Assembly (NCBI GenBank): GCA_029953675.1
Contig: JAMWBK010000008.1
Location: forward strand, 1,632,001-1,880,000
Direction: 5' to 3'
Length of the DNA stretch: 248,000 nt
DNA from: Rhodosorus marinus CCMP1338
Taxonomy: Eukaryota > Plantae > Rhodophyta
This document shows positions 163,521 through 178,009 of this stretch, piece by piece. The translations under genes and the position numbers were made by a program. The notes under the pieces are model-generated. The model had not been told where the DNA came from. It saw only the letters and a program-made list of their open reading frames with translations, and did not search any database. Each line of letters starts with the position of its first letter. Positions within the stretch are counted from its first letter, which is position 1.

Positions 163521-164420
163521 CGCGGGCATTGCTCGCCTTGTTTTCGTGAGGACACCGCGCAACGACCAGGTCCGTGTCTACATCGGCATTCTCCGAGGTT
163601 GGAATTTCCTGATGAGCTACGAAGACAACGGCGCCGGCGTTGAGGAGTCGCAGCATCGGTCCTCCTAAGTGGATCGACAGATTTTGGAGGTCTTCCGCAA
163701 GGAGTCTCGCACGAACTTTCTCTGCATAAAGACGACATAAGGCATCGCTAGCCTCGCCAGGAACCCGCGTGGCTTCGAAAATGAGGTAATCTGCATACTG
163801 ACATCGCCGCCTCCTGGCTTGTCCCATTCAACACTCACAACCTCCTCGCCTTGGAGGAAGTGACGGTCGGCTGTACCCCATCCGATTGAGACCCTATGTC
163901 GTTTCTGGGATGAGAGGAAGGAAGCGTTTGTGTACAGATCTGTTCAGCCATTCCGAAGGAGGGTAGAAGGGAAGCTCGTTGGTAGCGTTTACCTCCTCAA
164001 CGAAGAGTAGCTTGGACGCCATGAGTAGCCAGAAGAAAGGAAAAGGAGACTGGGCGACGACGATGGGAACAGATCGATCTTCGAGACGAGGCACGAAGAA
164101 CTCGCACCAGTTGTGAGAAAGTGCTCTTCCCGAACGTATCATTTGCGCTGCTTTGTTGAAATCCTGATCCGATTAGTTGGGAAAGGGTTAGCTTTAGGTG
164201 CGACATCCTGTGCTTTCTTGTTGGTAGCATTTGGGGGGACCTACCTTCTCCCCTCTACCAACCACTCCTTTACCATAGTTTACACGGTAGGAACGAGGTA
164301 CTAATTCACTAAACTCATCCTTAGACACGTCGAGAGCTTTCTGCGTCAACCCGTGCTTGGGATAGGAAGCTAGGTCTGAACTTCCCGGGCGGTTTCTAAA
164401 GGAATCCACAGCAAAGCTCG
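163483..164420 (-). CDS. Hypothetical spliced protein
   Basis: Consecutive protein-like ORFs 164194-164526, 163894-164142 and 163483-163827. Confidence 0.4.
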
Positions 164421-167191
164421 TCGGGCTTCCTCCCAGGAATAAACCAGGGATCAGCATCGCTCGTCTACGATTTTTTGTTTTTAAACACTCCTCCGTTTTC
164501 TCTGCAACGGATCTCCCGGTCTCCATCGTTCCTCAGCCGGCCGAGCGAAACTGGCAGGAAGCGCTCACGTCGTCGGCGGGTATCATGAGATTCGGTTGTT
164601 CGGGGATCTTTGGAACTGACCCTTCCATTATTGTTGAGAATGAAGGCGTTGGTAGAAAGATCCGTTATGCTTTGATGGTACCTCAATGGGGAAATGTCCC
164701 ACTCGAAATGAAGTGAACCAATCCCGAACAGAAGTCGTCTTGCCCTATCGGAGAAGGTGTGATGGAACCGGGAAAACTGTGGGGTGGGAGGGGCCGGGCG
164801 GGGGGGGGGGGGCTCCGTAAGTGCTGCTCACGGAGCTAGTACGAGCAGACAACCACCAAACCTAAAATTGGAAAACGGCTGCCAGAAGGAAAAACGATTT
164901 TCTTCTATCTGTCAGCGCCCCATTTCAGATGACTACGCGTACACAATCCCATTTTGCCAGAAGCTGCCCCCCCGTCGTAGCTATGTGAATAAGTCATGGA
165001 AAACAATTTCACAAAAAGCGAAACAGAGTTCGTATATGCTAAAAGGCGTCTTGTTCTTCTCCATCGATTCTCTAGAATCGATTTCGACATCAATATAACA
165101 AAAACCTTTCCAGTGACTCTCCTCGGACTCTGTTTCAGGCTAGCCCTTTCCCCCCCTCAACCACACCAAACGGAAAGACAGAATGGAAAACGTCAAAAAG
165201 TGTCGAAAAGGCATTTTCTTCAACCCAAACCCTCTCCCTCTCAAAAACCCCTCAAAGTTTTGTCACAAACGGTACATTTGTTCTTTTTTTCATTTCAAAG
165301 AAAAAAACGTCGTTTTCTTTCGTGCGTTTATTAGCGTTTCCCATCAACACAAAAGGTTGTTCGCCTTTTTTAAAAAAAAACAACTGTAATATTGAAAATT
165401 CTGATCTGAGATAAGGGACCATTTTTGTTTTGTTTTTTGAGGAAAACTCAGTTGCTTTTTAATAATAAATAAAATCGCCGGACGAAAAAAACGTAGAAAT
165501 TAGGAGTTCGCCAATAGTTTCGCGTCTGGACGAAACTATGTTCGGTATTTGAATCTAACATGAATATCGTTGTTCCAATTAAGTATGGATATGTTGGGAA
165601 AGGGTTAATTTTCTATATATGATTGGATTTTATTGTTTAGTTTTTTAAAAAACTATTTGAATATTGGATCTTTAAAGATATATGACTGGGTAGAGTGCTT
165701 GACATACTATATTAGATTGTATGGTAATTGGTATTCCGGTTTACTCCTCCGTTCTGGTTGGATATATCGCGCAGAGCGGACGCATTTGTTTAATAGAAAG
165801 CAAAAGTGCCACAGCGCTGAAACCGTATTTTGTCACTAGAGAGCACATTCCTGATTTTCGGATTCCTTGGGGTTTCCTCTCTGAGACTTTGGACTCCGGA
165901 CAGCGTAGAAACTGTTTTTTTGCGTTTTTTTTTTAGCGTGTGCCATGAGGGTTAAAAGGACAGCTGTAAAGACCAAGGATTCCGCATCCTGTTCGTGAAA
166001 ACGCCACAACCACGATTGAAAAGCAAAGGGGGTTAGCCCAACCCCCCCAAACGAACTAGTACTCAATAAAATAAAGAAATATTACAAATGCGATCAGTGG
166101 TTAGTGAAAAGTACTACCCCATTCCATGTTCATTAGTAAGCAAGGACATTGCAGTTTCCCGCATCGAGGGGGTCAATAGGCTGGCACTTCCCTTTTTCCT
166201 TCCCTCGCGGAAATAATTTAAAAATTACAAGGATCCCCTTTCCCCCCCCCCAAAAAAAAAAACAACAAAATCTCAATCAACCTGGCAACCAAAACTTCAC
166301 AAATTTATATTATTTTTTGCTCTCTTCATAAAAGACTCTGATTAAAAACCCCTTAAAAACCCCACCAAAACCCTCCACTACCTCAAAAATTGCAAATCCA
166401 CCCCCTCCCAGTTCTTTCCTCTTTTTAAATCATCTACCCTCTCCACCACCCCCCAAGCACAATCTAAGTTGAAACTATTTTGTGAAAATAAATAGGACGA
166501 TGATATGTAAATGTAACACTAAAGTTAGGGGGGTACAATTTCGGAGCTTATTTTATTGTGGAGAATGATCCTTTTTTTATTGTTTGGTGAGTTAAGTGTT
166601 TTTAATTGATTTTTCTATATTGAAATATTTGGTGTTCAATAATAAAAATTGCTGGGCCAGATTTTTTTTGGGGGGGGGTAGGGGTTTGAGTGGCATTTTT
166701 TTGTATATATATATATATATATATTATTTTTTTCCCAATGTTACCTTTGTAAAAATGATCTTGTTGATGTTTTTTTTTATTATGTTTTGGTGTTGTTTTT
166801 TTGTGTTTGATTTGGGAGAAGTTGAGTGTGAAAAGGAGAGATTTTTTTTTGCTGGGTTTGGAAGTGTGCGTTTAGAGGAGAGGGAAGAGGGAGGGATGGG
166901 AGGGAGGAAGAGGGAGGGAGTGTTGGATGGGATAGGAGTATTTGTATTTGGATGTGAAGAGTTTTTTGTTGTAGGGTGGTATGGATTTGTTATGGGTAGA
167001 GAGGAGGGAAAGGTGGAGAGGTGGTGGGATAAGTTAGGAATTGGAATGGATGACGGTTTATTGGGTGAGTTTAGGGAGGATGTGTTGATTTTGTGAGTAT
167101 TTTCTAGGGAGGGGGGTTTGAGTGGAGGTTGGGATTTTCGTGTTGTTTTTTGTTTGGTTTTCGTTTTCGTGGGAGAGGTGATATCGGCTGA

Positions 167192-169550
167192 ATGATGGAG
167201 GTTCAGAGTTCCTTTGATACCTCTGGTAGGAGGAATTCTGGCAACTCGAGAAGACCAGGGCGCCCGGCGACCTACATATTTGATCGTCCCGATGATGAGC
167301 TGACGGAGGAGGATCGCAAGTTGAAGAATGCGGTGTTGAAAAGGAGAAGTCGCCAGAATAGGTCATATCAGAAACGCAAGATGATGAAACTTGCGCAGAA
167401 GCAGGCAAACGGACAAGCTGTTGATTTCCTGACCGTGGCGGGTGCAAATGGAAGCGCAGCAGGCCCCGAGGATATCAATGAGGATGTTGACGAGGTGACG
167501 GCAGTTGATCTAGTTGATATGGTGTCAAGGGTGGAGACCCAGCCGGAGGTCGTGCCAACCTCAGAGGAGCTAGGGGAGGATCTCGAGGAGTGCGTGCTCA
167601 TGGCCGTGAAAGGTACAATGGATCGCAGTCTGAGCATTTCGCATTCTAGCGGTGTCAAGGATGTCCTCTTTGGAAGCCTGCGAGATCGCTTTGCGGAACT
167701 CCCTGGGGAAGGGCAAGGTGCGCTCCGTGCGCTTTCGGTGTTTCCGAGGGACTTTGACATGGCTTCGGCCGCCGCCGTGATGGGTCGAGGTAGCGGCGAT
167801 GACCTCTCCCAGGCGATCGACCTCATGCAGCCCTTGTTCACCTCCGGCTTTATTTCCTCCTCGAACGGGCGCTTCGAGCTGAACCAGGTGACCAAGCTCT
167901 TCCTTACTGAGGAAGTGCCCTTTGGCGGCGATACCTTAGTCACCGAAAGGCGGGATCCGTCAGTGTCCCGGTATATAGATCATTTCCAAAACTTGCTGAG
168001 CAACTTGACGGATCCGAGTATTCACAAGCTGGGCTTCGCCCGTGAGCATGCAATGCAAGTCTTCGATACCGAGAGGCAGAACATGGATTATGCAATAGAA
168101 CTCAGTCGTTTGAAGGGTCCCGAGAGGCTGCGAGAATTTCTTGCGGTGGGTGCTGCCGTTATGCGGTATTGCGTCGATGCTTCTACGAGAATACAATACC
168201 TGCAAGCTGCGCTCGAAGGGAAAAACCTGCTCACCGACGCCAACGAGCCGAGAGGAGATCGGCGGAATGTCGTTCGTTTGGAACTCGCGCGCGCCGAAGC
168301 GCTCTGTGACAACCAGTCACTGGAAGACGCCGAGGAGCCCCTGAAGAAGGCAATGGAGCTTATGGACAGGGACTTTACCAAATCTTCGAATGGTATCATG
168401 GACACTGTGCTAGTCCTGCTTCTCTTCGCAGGAGTGAAGATCAACTTGAGCAAGACGGAAGAAGGGCACAAGCTTCTCGTTGAGGCGCTGAGGATACTGA
168501 ACAAAATCGGGCTAGGAAAGACGACGCTAGCTGTAAACGCATTGACGAACCTGGTCACAATCTATGTACAAAGGGGTCAGCTGGATAGGGCGAACTACGT
168601 GGCAACGGAGCTGCTCAATACATTGCACGCGATGCGCTATGACAAGATGCCCATATACGCGGATGCCCTCGGCGTCCTGGCGATGGTAAGAATGGCAGCT
168701 GGGGACTACACGGATGCAGCGAGACAATTTGGCTCTGGCCTTGAGGTGAGATTGTCGCGAAATCCAACCGAGAAAATGCGTTGGTGAAGTGTGAATGGCG
168801 GCGTCTAAGAGTGTCCTAATTTCGCTTTTCGGTTGTAGATCGTTGCTGGCTGGGGTTCTAAATCCTGGACAAGCGTTCCCGTGCAACATTGCCTCGACCT
168901 TGACATCTGGTTGATGGAGGGACTTGCCATAAGTCTCAACTTGCAGGTAGGTTAACGTTGACAACGCTTCTCCTCAATCTGGAGGGTTCGACTTGTGCTA
169001 AAAAGCGTTCCTTGCGTATGTGAACGTTGTAGGGCCTGGAGAAGGATGCCAAGTACATGGTGACCCTTGCTTCGGACGCCAGACTGTCGAGAAGGCTGAA
169101 GAGTCTTACCTATGACATTTTGGGAGGGGAGCACGTCGTCCCTACCTGGCTGACAACTTCGAGACATCTGTACTGAGCTGGGAACTGTGATGCGCAATGG
169201 CTTGGTATGGTTTACCTGTATATATTCATATATATTAACTTTTAGCATCGGCTGGGGTTTGAAAAACCCCCAACGACGAGTTTGGAGGGTGACCCTCTTT
169301 GCAGCTGTTTCTTGGAGCCAGCCGAAAAGCCCTCGCCCTTAACGGAACAGGAGAGACTGTTGTGAGAGCGTTCGGATGGCCCAGAAGTCACAGATGTGCG
169401 CCGAGGAGACACTTTTGGCCTGGAGGAGGAACGCCGAGGCAAGAGTGGCTTGGATACGTCATACGTCTGAGAAACTCGGCAGGTAGCCCCCAGTGCTCTT
169501 TGCAATGCTTAGAATCTTTATTAGTCGACGGAAAATAGGAGTTGGTCGAT
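167192..169550 (+). CDS. Basic-region (bZIP-like) + winged-helix-like + TPR protein, spliced
   Basis: KRRSRQNRSYQKRK; LSVFPRDFD..AA.AV; TPR-like helices. Confidence 0.65.
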
Positions 169551-170221
169551 CCTTGGGAGTCCCCCTGGTTTTCTTTTCTGCCTCGCAAAGGAAACGACGG
169601 GCCTCCGAAATGAAAACGTTGGATGAGAAATGAATAGAAATTTCATGAGCCGCAGTGCTCTCTGGCTGAATAGATTCCAATGGCCTCAAAACAATCCTTG
169701 CGGAAATCGGACGGTTGCCTTCTCCGTACATTAAACTTAAGCAAAAAAAGTCGACAGTTGTACTTCTTTCTGTCACCGGCGGCCGCCCATGCAAGGCCAG
169801 CGCCCATCGCGGGCATTTTCCTCTCACTGCTCGGCAACCACCGCCTCTCTTTCATCGCGGAAAACGGGAACCTCTAAAATAAGTCCAGGACTCATGCTAG
169901 GTTTCAATTGTGCTCCAGCTCTCGCAGCTCGTGCTAAGGCAGGTAAAATCAACAAGATTCAAGAATCCGATGAAGTTCTCATTCAATGGCGTGAATACCA
170001 CCACCACTACTCGGGCCGAGGGCAGACGTAACGAGGCTGAATGCAGAGCGGAACAGCTTCCTCGCAAATTGCCACCGGATCCAGCTGGTATCTCCCAGAG
170101 TTGCGGCATAGGTCTGGGACGGCTGCACGAGAAAGGGTCCCCACTGGTAAGTGCGGTTAGCACGCACGCCCGGGGCACTTGAATTATTACTGGTACTCGT
170201 TGCGTTGACTACGCTCAAAAA

Positions 170222-172908
170222 TCAGCTGGCCTGTTGATGCTTGGAGGACAATGCGTGACCTCGACGTGGGGCCGTAGTCGGCCCGTGCCACGGCAGCTTT
170301 GTCGCTTTTGTGTAAAGCGAACGCTCATGGGACAGCTTGACGTTATCGCGTTCCTGCCACAGAGGTGTCCTCAAGTCTACCACGTTCCGTTCAAAATCGG
170401 CCACCGCATCGCGCACGTCGACGTCCTGATCCGACGCTAGTGCTCCGAGCGTTTCGTGAAACTCATCAAGCTCTCCACAGACAGCAAGCAACGGCAGCAT
170501 CGTCCTCGCCAACCTCAATCGGACGTTCGAGATTGGGTCCTTTCTCAGTCCCAGCACGGGACGTGCGAAGACGGCCCGAAATGTGACCGAAGAAAACACC
170601 TGCGACATGGGCACATCGTACTGGATTTCAGTGATCTTGTTTTTGAGCCATACTGGCTGGCGGCTTTCAGTTCCCTGGCACTGCTTACTTCAAGCGCGAT
170701 CTCGGCACCGTGTATCATTGCGATTCGCATCCGGTAAGGGTGCTTTGAATATTCACAGCTACACCAAAACTCACGTACAGCCTCATCTCTATAGATCTCG
170801 TCGTCAAAGAAAGCAAACGACCTAACAATCGCGTCCATACACGCGTCCTGGACGACTGGCATACCGTTCTCCAGGATCTTGAAGAGCGCCGGCTCGATGA
170901 CCTCGAATATGAGCGCGGGAGGAAACGCTTGGACGCACTTAGCGATCTGGTCGGATACCAGCTTCTGCATTCGCCAGCTTCCTTCGACATGGGGATATAT
171001 GGTCTTGAGCAGGCCGCCAAGTTGTCGCACGATTTCAGTGTGTCCGTGATCCAGGAAGGATACCACCACTGCGCTGAAATTCTCAAACGCGTTCATACTT
171101 ACGGCGGGATTTTTATCGTAAAGGAGCGTAGCCACCGCCTTGCCCAGCTTTTCAATCTTCCCTGTACGTGCCAACGCCTTGACCGTCTCGTGGATTCCCG
171201 ACGATACGATCCAACGCACTTCGGCATCCTTGTCTTTCGAGAGGTACTCGGCCACGGCGGAGAGCTCACCACCAAACTTGTCACCCAGCGCGAGGCAGAC
171301 TCCTGGCAAGTTGAATGCGGTGTTTCTCCTGATGATGGGTCCATTGCACGTTGCCATTCCTACGTAGGCTTTCAGAGCCTCTTTCCTGAACCCTTTCTGG
171401 TAGAACAGAGCGACAGAGTAGAGGAGCTCACCAAAGACGTCCGAGCAGACATCCAGGAGCGTATACTCCTCATCCTTGACCAGACGCTGATCCTTCTCGG
171501 AAGACGCGTTCGCAAACCGGATCTGCCTCATCAAGATCGGCGGAAGCGACTCCTTGAAGAGTTTCCTGTCCGAGTTCTCCAACCCCCGCTGTTTCTCCAC
171601 AATCTGTGCGATCGTACGCAGCGACGTAGCCTGTATTCTAACGTCATCCTCATCCAAATACGCCACCAGCTTGACCCAGATCGTCTCCTGAAGAACCTTC
171701 TCAGACATCGACCCTCCAACAGATTTCATCGCCTCTGCTGTGGTTCCCCTAACGGTCACATCCTCATCCTCCGACAACCTCATCACCCTCGGTAAAATCT
171801 CGTTCTCGGCCAGCTCCATACTGACGCCTCCTAGAGCTCCCAATATCCTCGCTGCAAACTTCCTCGATTCAGTGTCTCTAGATCCAAGGTGATCATCCAC
171901 CAGCCTATTTGTCAGAAAACCGAGAGGAACCGTCCGTTAGGCCCTTCAAACTCCTGAAGCCACATCCTGATCAAACCGGAGAACCAGGAGTGGATATGGT
172001 ACATAGGGTTCCCAAAGTAGCCTGTGGGGTATTAACATCCAGACTTGTGATCGAGATTCGACCTGCTCGAGCGTTGGATTGTACATCCCAGTCCGAGCAG
172101 ATCGATCGTTCGACGAGGAGATGGAAGAAAGGCATCAGTCTTTCGCAGTCCTGAAAGCCATCCGCATTAAGCTAGAGAACCTTGGACTGGATGCCATATA
172201 GGTGACGTCTTGGAACCAGGGTTTCCAGAGCGACCTGTAGGGTATCACCGTCCACGTTCTCATCTGCTCGAGCGTTGGATTTGTACATCCCAGATCGACC
172301 AGATCGATTGTTTCGAGCAGCAGGAGAGGTCGTCCCCGGCTTGGTTTGACGGGAAACTTCTCTATGGTTTTCGGCCCTGAAGAGCTGATGGGTTTGGCTT
172401 GACTTACTTTATGAAGTGAGCAGCATCGTTGTGATAGTCGACAAGCCGTGGGATGACTTCGACTAGAATGCTCGCCCAAGCTTGGTAGAAGAACGCCAGT
172501 TCTTCCTGCTCGAGATTTTTGCCGGATGTTTTGATCACAGTCATGGAGGCTCGCGCGATGCCTCTAGCAGAGTCCAGTGGGATTTGGAAGAGCACAAGCA
172601 GCGCCAAAGTCTATCGAATTTGAGGCAAAGAACAAAGTCTCCGGTTCAGCCGGGGGGTGGGGGGGGGGCTGGAAGTGAGTAGACGAAAGAGGATGATTGC
172701 TTACTGCTGCAGCTGTGAGTTGGACGTCCATTTTCCATAAATGAATTCTGGTGCAAATAATTGGAAGCAACGTGCGCAGAATATCGTCCATGCAGTGTCC
172801 AAATAACTGCTGAATCTCTTCTAGAACAAATGTCCGCTCGGAGTCCGTTCCATCCTTTAGCAACTCGGCCATCTTCTGTACACTGTAGACGACCTCAGAG
172901 GAAGCCAA
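170222..172908 (-). CDS. HEAT-repeat PP2A/PP4 regulatory subunit-like protein
   Basis: LSEDEDVTVR, IRRNTAFNL, NVRLRLA HEAT motifs. Confidence 0.8.
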
Positions 172909-173749
172909 TTGAAGCTCAACCTCCTTATGTATACGTACCCACCCAAGAAATCCACAGGAAAAGTTCGATCTTGAGACACGGTCTAAATCATTGTTTCTTT
173001 ATCCCGAAAGCGCCCACGCTTTCAGACGATGAAATCCCTCACCTGATCCGTCGCATCGGCATTCTGAACGCGCATGGCTTCACTACGCTTTCAGCCCGTA
173101 CCAAAACTCCTCTTCTCATCCAAAGCTGGGCCTCAAAGCCCTTCAGAACTTTCCACAAAGCCACAAACAACAAACAAAACAAAACAAAAGTGCTCAAGTC
173201 CCAAATCTATACCATTTAGCCACAAGTTATTTCAACCTAAGATCATCCTCCAACGTTCATCAATACAGCACACAAACGGAAAGCTCCTCTTCTCCAAAGA
173301 AGCAAGATCAGTATACAGAGCCTCTCTTGCTTTGGGTTCCAATTCACACTCCTCTCTCTCCACTGGTATTCTTGCAGTTCGTCACCGCTCTCTCTCTCTC
173401 TCTCTCTCAGATCAGAGCGACAGTGCACCACTTCTCCCCGAAGTACTCCACAACAAAACACCACCCCCCAAAAAAAATTTGGTTTATCTCTTGCTTCCAA
173501 ACTCCTTTGGCAGAAGACAGTTGTCTCTCCAAACCACCTCTTCCAAAACCTCTCCTTCACTGCTTTGCTTTCTCCTCCTCTTCGCAAGGTATACAATCCA
173601 GTCTCCACAACACGAAACTCAGACTTGTTCCATGCTCATTCTCTTCTCAATTGTCCAAGCTCCTCTCTTCCACAAGAGAACGTCTTCTACCCCTTGAAGT
173701 CTCCACTCTCATCGATCCTCATCACAGATTTCCACGCCGATACCTTTTT

Positions 173750-174800
173750 ACATGAACGAAGTCAAAGACGAACAAGAAGCTCATCATCTTCACTTGGCAA
173801 GGAAGAGATCTCTATCGTTGTAACACCAGACACAAACCTCCAGATGACGAGTTAGTTTGTCATAAGCTGAGATAGACAGAGCAGACACTTTAGGAGGAAG
173901 ACGATAGCGAGCTCATCACCATTAAGTAGGAGGATCTCTTATCGTTGCAACTCCGAACTAAGACAATCTCCAGTTTGCGAGAAGGCAAAATAGACAGAGA
174001 ATACATAAAGTTGTACTAGCTGCTTTAGAAAGAAGAACGATAAGCTGACCATCTTTATGGACGGGGAAGACCTCTATCGTTGTAACACCAGACTAACACA
174101 AACCTCCAGATGACGAGAGAGTTTGTCAAAAGCAGAGTTAGACAGAGACACTTTAGGAGGAAGACGATAGCGAGCTCATCATTATTATGTAGATGGAGGA
174201 TCTCTATCTGTACTAGCTGCTTTAGAAAGAAGAACGATAAGATGACCATCTTTATGGACAAGGAAGATCTCTATAAGTGAAACACGAAACACCGGACCAA
174301 CGCAAACCTCCAGCTGGCGAAACAGTGTTCGTCAAAAGCAGAGTGGAGAGAGAGCATACAACAAGGTCTACTAGCTGCTTTAGAAGGGAGACGATAAGCT
174401 CATCATCCTAATGGAGGAGGAGGATCACCATCGTTGACCACCAAACACAAACCTCCGGGTGGCGCGATTGTTCCTCAAAAGCAGCAGAGAGAGAGCATCC
174501 AACAAGGTCTTTTGGCTGCTTTAGCAAGCAGACAATAAGCTCATCATCTTTATGGAGAACATTCTAACGCCACCTTCCGGCGGTGAGATAGTTCGTCAAG
174601 AGCAGAGTAGACAGGGCATACAACAGGTTCTATTAGCAGCCCCAGAAAGAAGACAAGAAAGCCCATCATCTTCGCGGACAAGTGGATCTCTTTGGTCCCG
174701 GCGATAGGAAACCAAAGGCAGGATTCGTGATCTCCATCGTAGTGAGACAGCAGACGAATGGAACCCCGCAGGTGGCAAGATCGTTCGTCTAGTAAGTGGA
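173750..174800. repeat. Degenerate ~170-190-bp tandem repeat, possibly a decayed LRR-like coding array on the minus strand
   Basis: TACTAGCTGCTTTAGAA...GATAAG...CATCTTTATGGA...AAACCTCCAG recurs. Confidence 0.55.
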
Positions 174801-176393
174801 CAAAGCTTCTATCGATGCCTTAGCAAAGTTCAGCTCATGATCTGTATCGCCGCGACTCCAAGACAGTGTTAGAGCAACTATAATCTTTTCTGAGCCGCTG
174901 CCACAGGTTGGGATGGCGCGATAGTTCGTCAAGCAAGCAGATGGAGCTGTGACCAAGTTTAATATTACGACGACAACAATCTCATCATCTTCATGACCAA
175001 GAGGATCTCTATCGTGGGTTTCCCATACGAAACATAATGATTAACGATTGCCGGGCAGACCTCCATGTAAATCCCATGGTCCATGGAGGTGACCTGGAGC
175101 TAAACTGAAAACCTGATCGACAGTCTGTTAGGAGTCGAAGACGATAAACAGTCACCTGAAAGCGGAAGAGTCTCCATCCCAGAGAACGCATCCTCACTTT
175201 CAAGGGACTCTTCGCCTTTCTCCGGTTCACACCGACACAAATTGAATTGTCGCACATGCTGTGGGCGGTTGAACCGCTGTAGTCCTGAATGATGATGTTG
175301 ATATAGTCTTGGGTGACTGCGACTCCACTCCCGCGGTGGCAAAACGTCGCAAGACGAGAGGAGCAAGGTGATGCGAACCCTTCCCTTTAGCCCAAGGTTC
175401 GAAGATGCTCCACGAACACGATGAGTAGTGGCCTTCCAAGGACTACGACTACGTCCATCTCACGGGGCGCGCGACGAGGGTAGGCGGCATACTTGTCCGG
175501 TGGAGCAGGCTGAACCCTTATCCTCCGTCAAGATTCTCGGCTAGGATAGGCAGTCCAAATACTAATCAGTGATGAGTCTATCAATATTGAGACAGGGCTT
175601 GATGGACTCCAGAAGAGGCCTCCAACCTGGAGACGTGTTGTTCAATATAACTCGAAGGTTGAAAAGCTCTCGTTTTTTTGCTGGTCGGCTAAGCGAGAAC
175701 CAGTCTCTCCACCTCAGTCTTTGTAAAGTTTCTCATCCCGTCTTCCCCATGGCCTGCTGGATCTTCTCGAAGGAGAGATATGATCGGGTGGGTCAGTTTG
175801 GTAGTCGATTTCTGGTGACAGTGACCCGAGTATATACACGTCCACTTTACCAGGAGATCTAGTCGTTTGTCGATGGTAACACCAGAAATACTGCTGGATG
175901 ATCACCTCGAGGATGAGAGAGTCCTCGTCTTCGTTAGATTTTGGGGGTTGGGTTAACAGCTGACCAGCTCAACCCCCTCTCGCGAAGGGTACAAACGATC
176001 TCGCGTCAGAGATGCCGAAGCAGACACACGGCAGAGGGTAACGGAGCAAGCAAGGCTATCTTCAGAAGATCGGGGACCAGCGATCGCGGCTCGCGGCTGA
176101 GATTTCATAGGCCTTTCGCAAACTCCCAGTCGGAAAGTCAACGGATGAGCACCAAAGAAACCAATATGATGGACGCCGAAGATCACAAACAGCAGGCTCG
176201 CAGCACAAACTGCTGGTTTTGTGCTCTGGCTCTGATACCAGGCTGTCCAAATCCGGTTACGGCAGCAGCGCGCACTTCCGCTCGTGCTTGGAGCACGTCA
176301 AGATCCAGTGGGGATTGTGGCGCAGGTTGACTCGATATCTCAAGACGGGTTTTCCCTGTGCATTTCTTGGTTTGGAGGGCAAAGTGAACGGGA

Positions 176394-177779
176394 TCAGCGG
176401 AGGTTGACATCCAGTTGAAGCAGCCAGTCCCGAAGCGCTGAGTCCTTTGGATCCTGGTGTTTCTGCACAAACCCATGCTGGAGGAGCTGCGACGCCGTCG
176501 GTCTTTTGGTAACCTCATACTCGAGACAGGTTTCCGCAAACTCTAAAAGCTCAGAGGACACCTCATGAGCCCCGAGCATCTCCAGGCAGCGTCCTCTTAT
176601 CGATCTATTTTCACACATATCCCAGTACAGCGATCGATTCGGAACCGGATGACTATAAACCGACGGCAAAGAGACAGTTCGATCAGCACCGACGACGGCC
176701 TCAGCGGGAGAAAAGTCGGACAAGCGGCTCATGCACTGCGCTTCGTTTACCTTCCCAACGCCGCTTCGGAGACGACCAAACCCATGCTCCATATGTCAGA
176801 CGGATACGAATACGTTTCGTCCATTAGACGCTCAGGTGCCATGTACTCAATTGTCCCTCCTAGCTCGGGATCTTCCTTGCTGAAGGGTTTCTTCTTCAAT
176901 GACATACCAAAATCGGTCAACGTCGTGACATTTCGATGCTTGGAGAGAAGAATGTTCATAGGTTTGATGTCACGGTGGACCACTTCTTTCGAGTGGAGAT
177001 ACTCTAGTCCTTGTAGACAGTGTCTGGCTACTGTGCTTAGTACGTCTTCCGGAAGTGCTCCTAGCGAACGACAAGAAACAAGGAAGAAGGCGTAGGTTTA
177101 TACATACGTTGGTTTCTGCACAAAGTTCGTCGATGATCTTTGGAGGGAAGCTTAGGTTTACCCAACTTGGACATCGCGCTTGAAAGACATCCGGAGTCCA
177201 TGTACTCGAGGAGGAGGGTGAGGAGTTTCTCATCTTCACTATAGAATGCACCGTAGAATGTGACGATATTCTCGTGCTTGAGGAGGGATAGCAGACGAAA
177301 CTCGGCACGAAGCTGCTCCTTGTCATGCGCGTTCCGAACCGTTTGGACCTTCACCGCAATCGGAAGTTTCGTGAACTTGTGATGAGTAAGATAGACAACA
177401 CCCTGTGCACCCTTTCCGAGCTCCTATCCGGAGGTTTTTGCCAATACCACAAGAAAAAGTTTGGACAGAAAGCCCCTTAAGCGCTACAACTCGTCAAGGA
177501 AGACCAAGTCTCCCCCTGCAACTCTTGTGAAACTGTTCCTACCTTCACTCGAACGATATCGTTCGGTCCTGTCACAACCACCTGCCGCGCTCTAGAATAC
177601 TCAGGATGCGATGGATCTAGCTTGACCACAATCGGCTCAGTAAGAAAACGCAAAACCGTCGTCCGACGATCCCAAAGGTTCTCAAACTTGGCTAGGTCAG
177701 CTGCCGATAGCGCTCCAGGTCGACCTCCTCCGTGCTCTATCCATTCCTCCTCATTCATATCGAACCATACATCCCCCAA
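176394..177779 (-). CDS. STE7/MAP2K-like protein kinase, spliced
   Basis: HRDIKPMN, DFG, GTIEYMAPER, SDIWSMG. Confidence 0.88.
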
Positions 177780-178009
177780 CTCTACCTTCCTCCCCAGTAG
177801 TAACCTATGACCAGTTCATAACCTCATCCTTGCTATTTCCCTCTCTCCCTCTCTCTCTCTCTCTCACGATCTTCTTCATCATCGTCGAGCTGCTGCTGAC
177901 CCAAACTCTTTCCCACTTCGGTCTTCAGCTCAGTGTTCATTGACTTTGGGGAGCCCTTCATTGAGTACTGAGCTTTGAAGACTTGGGTTTTGGAATGGAA
178001 TTTTGGACG

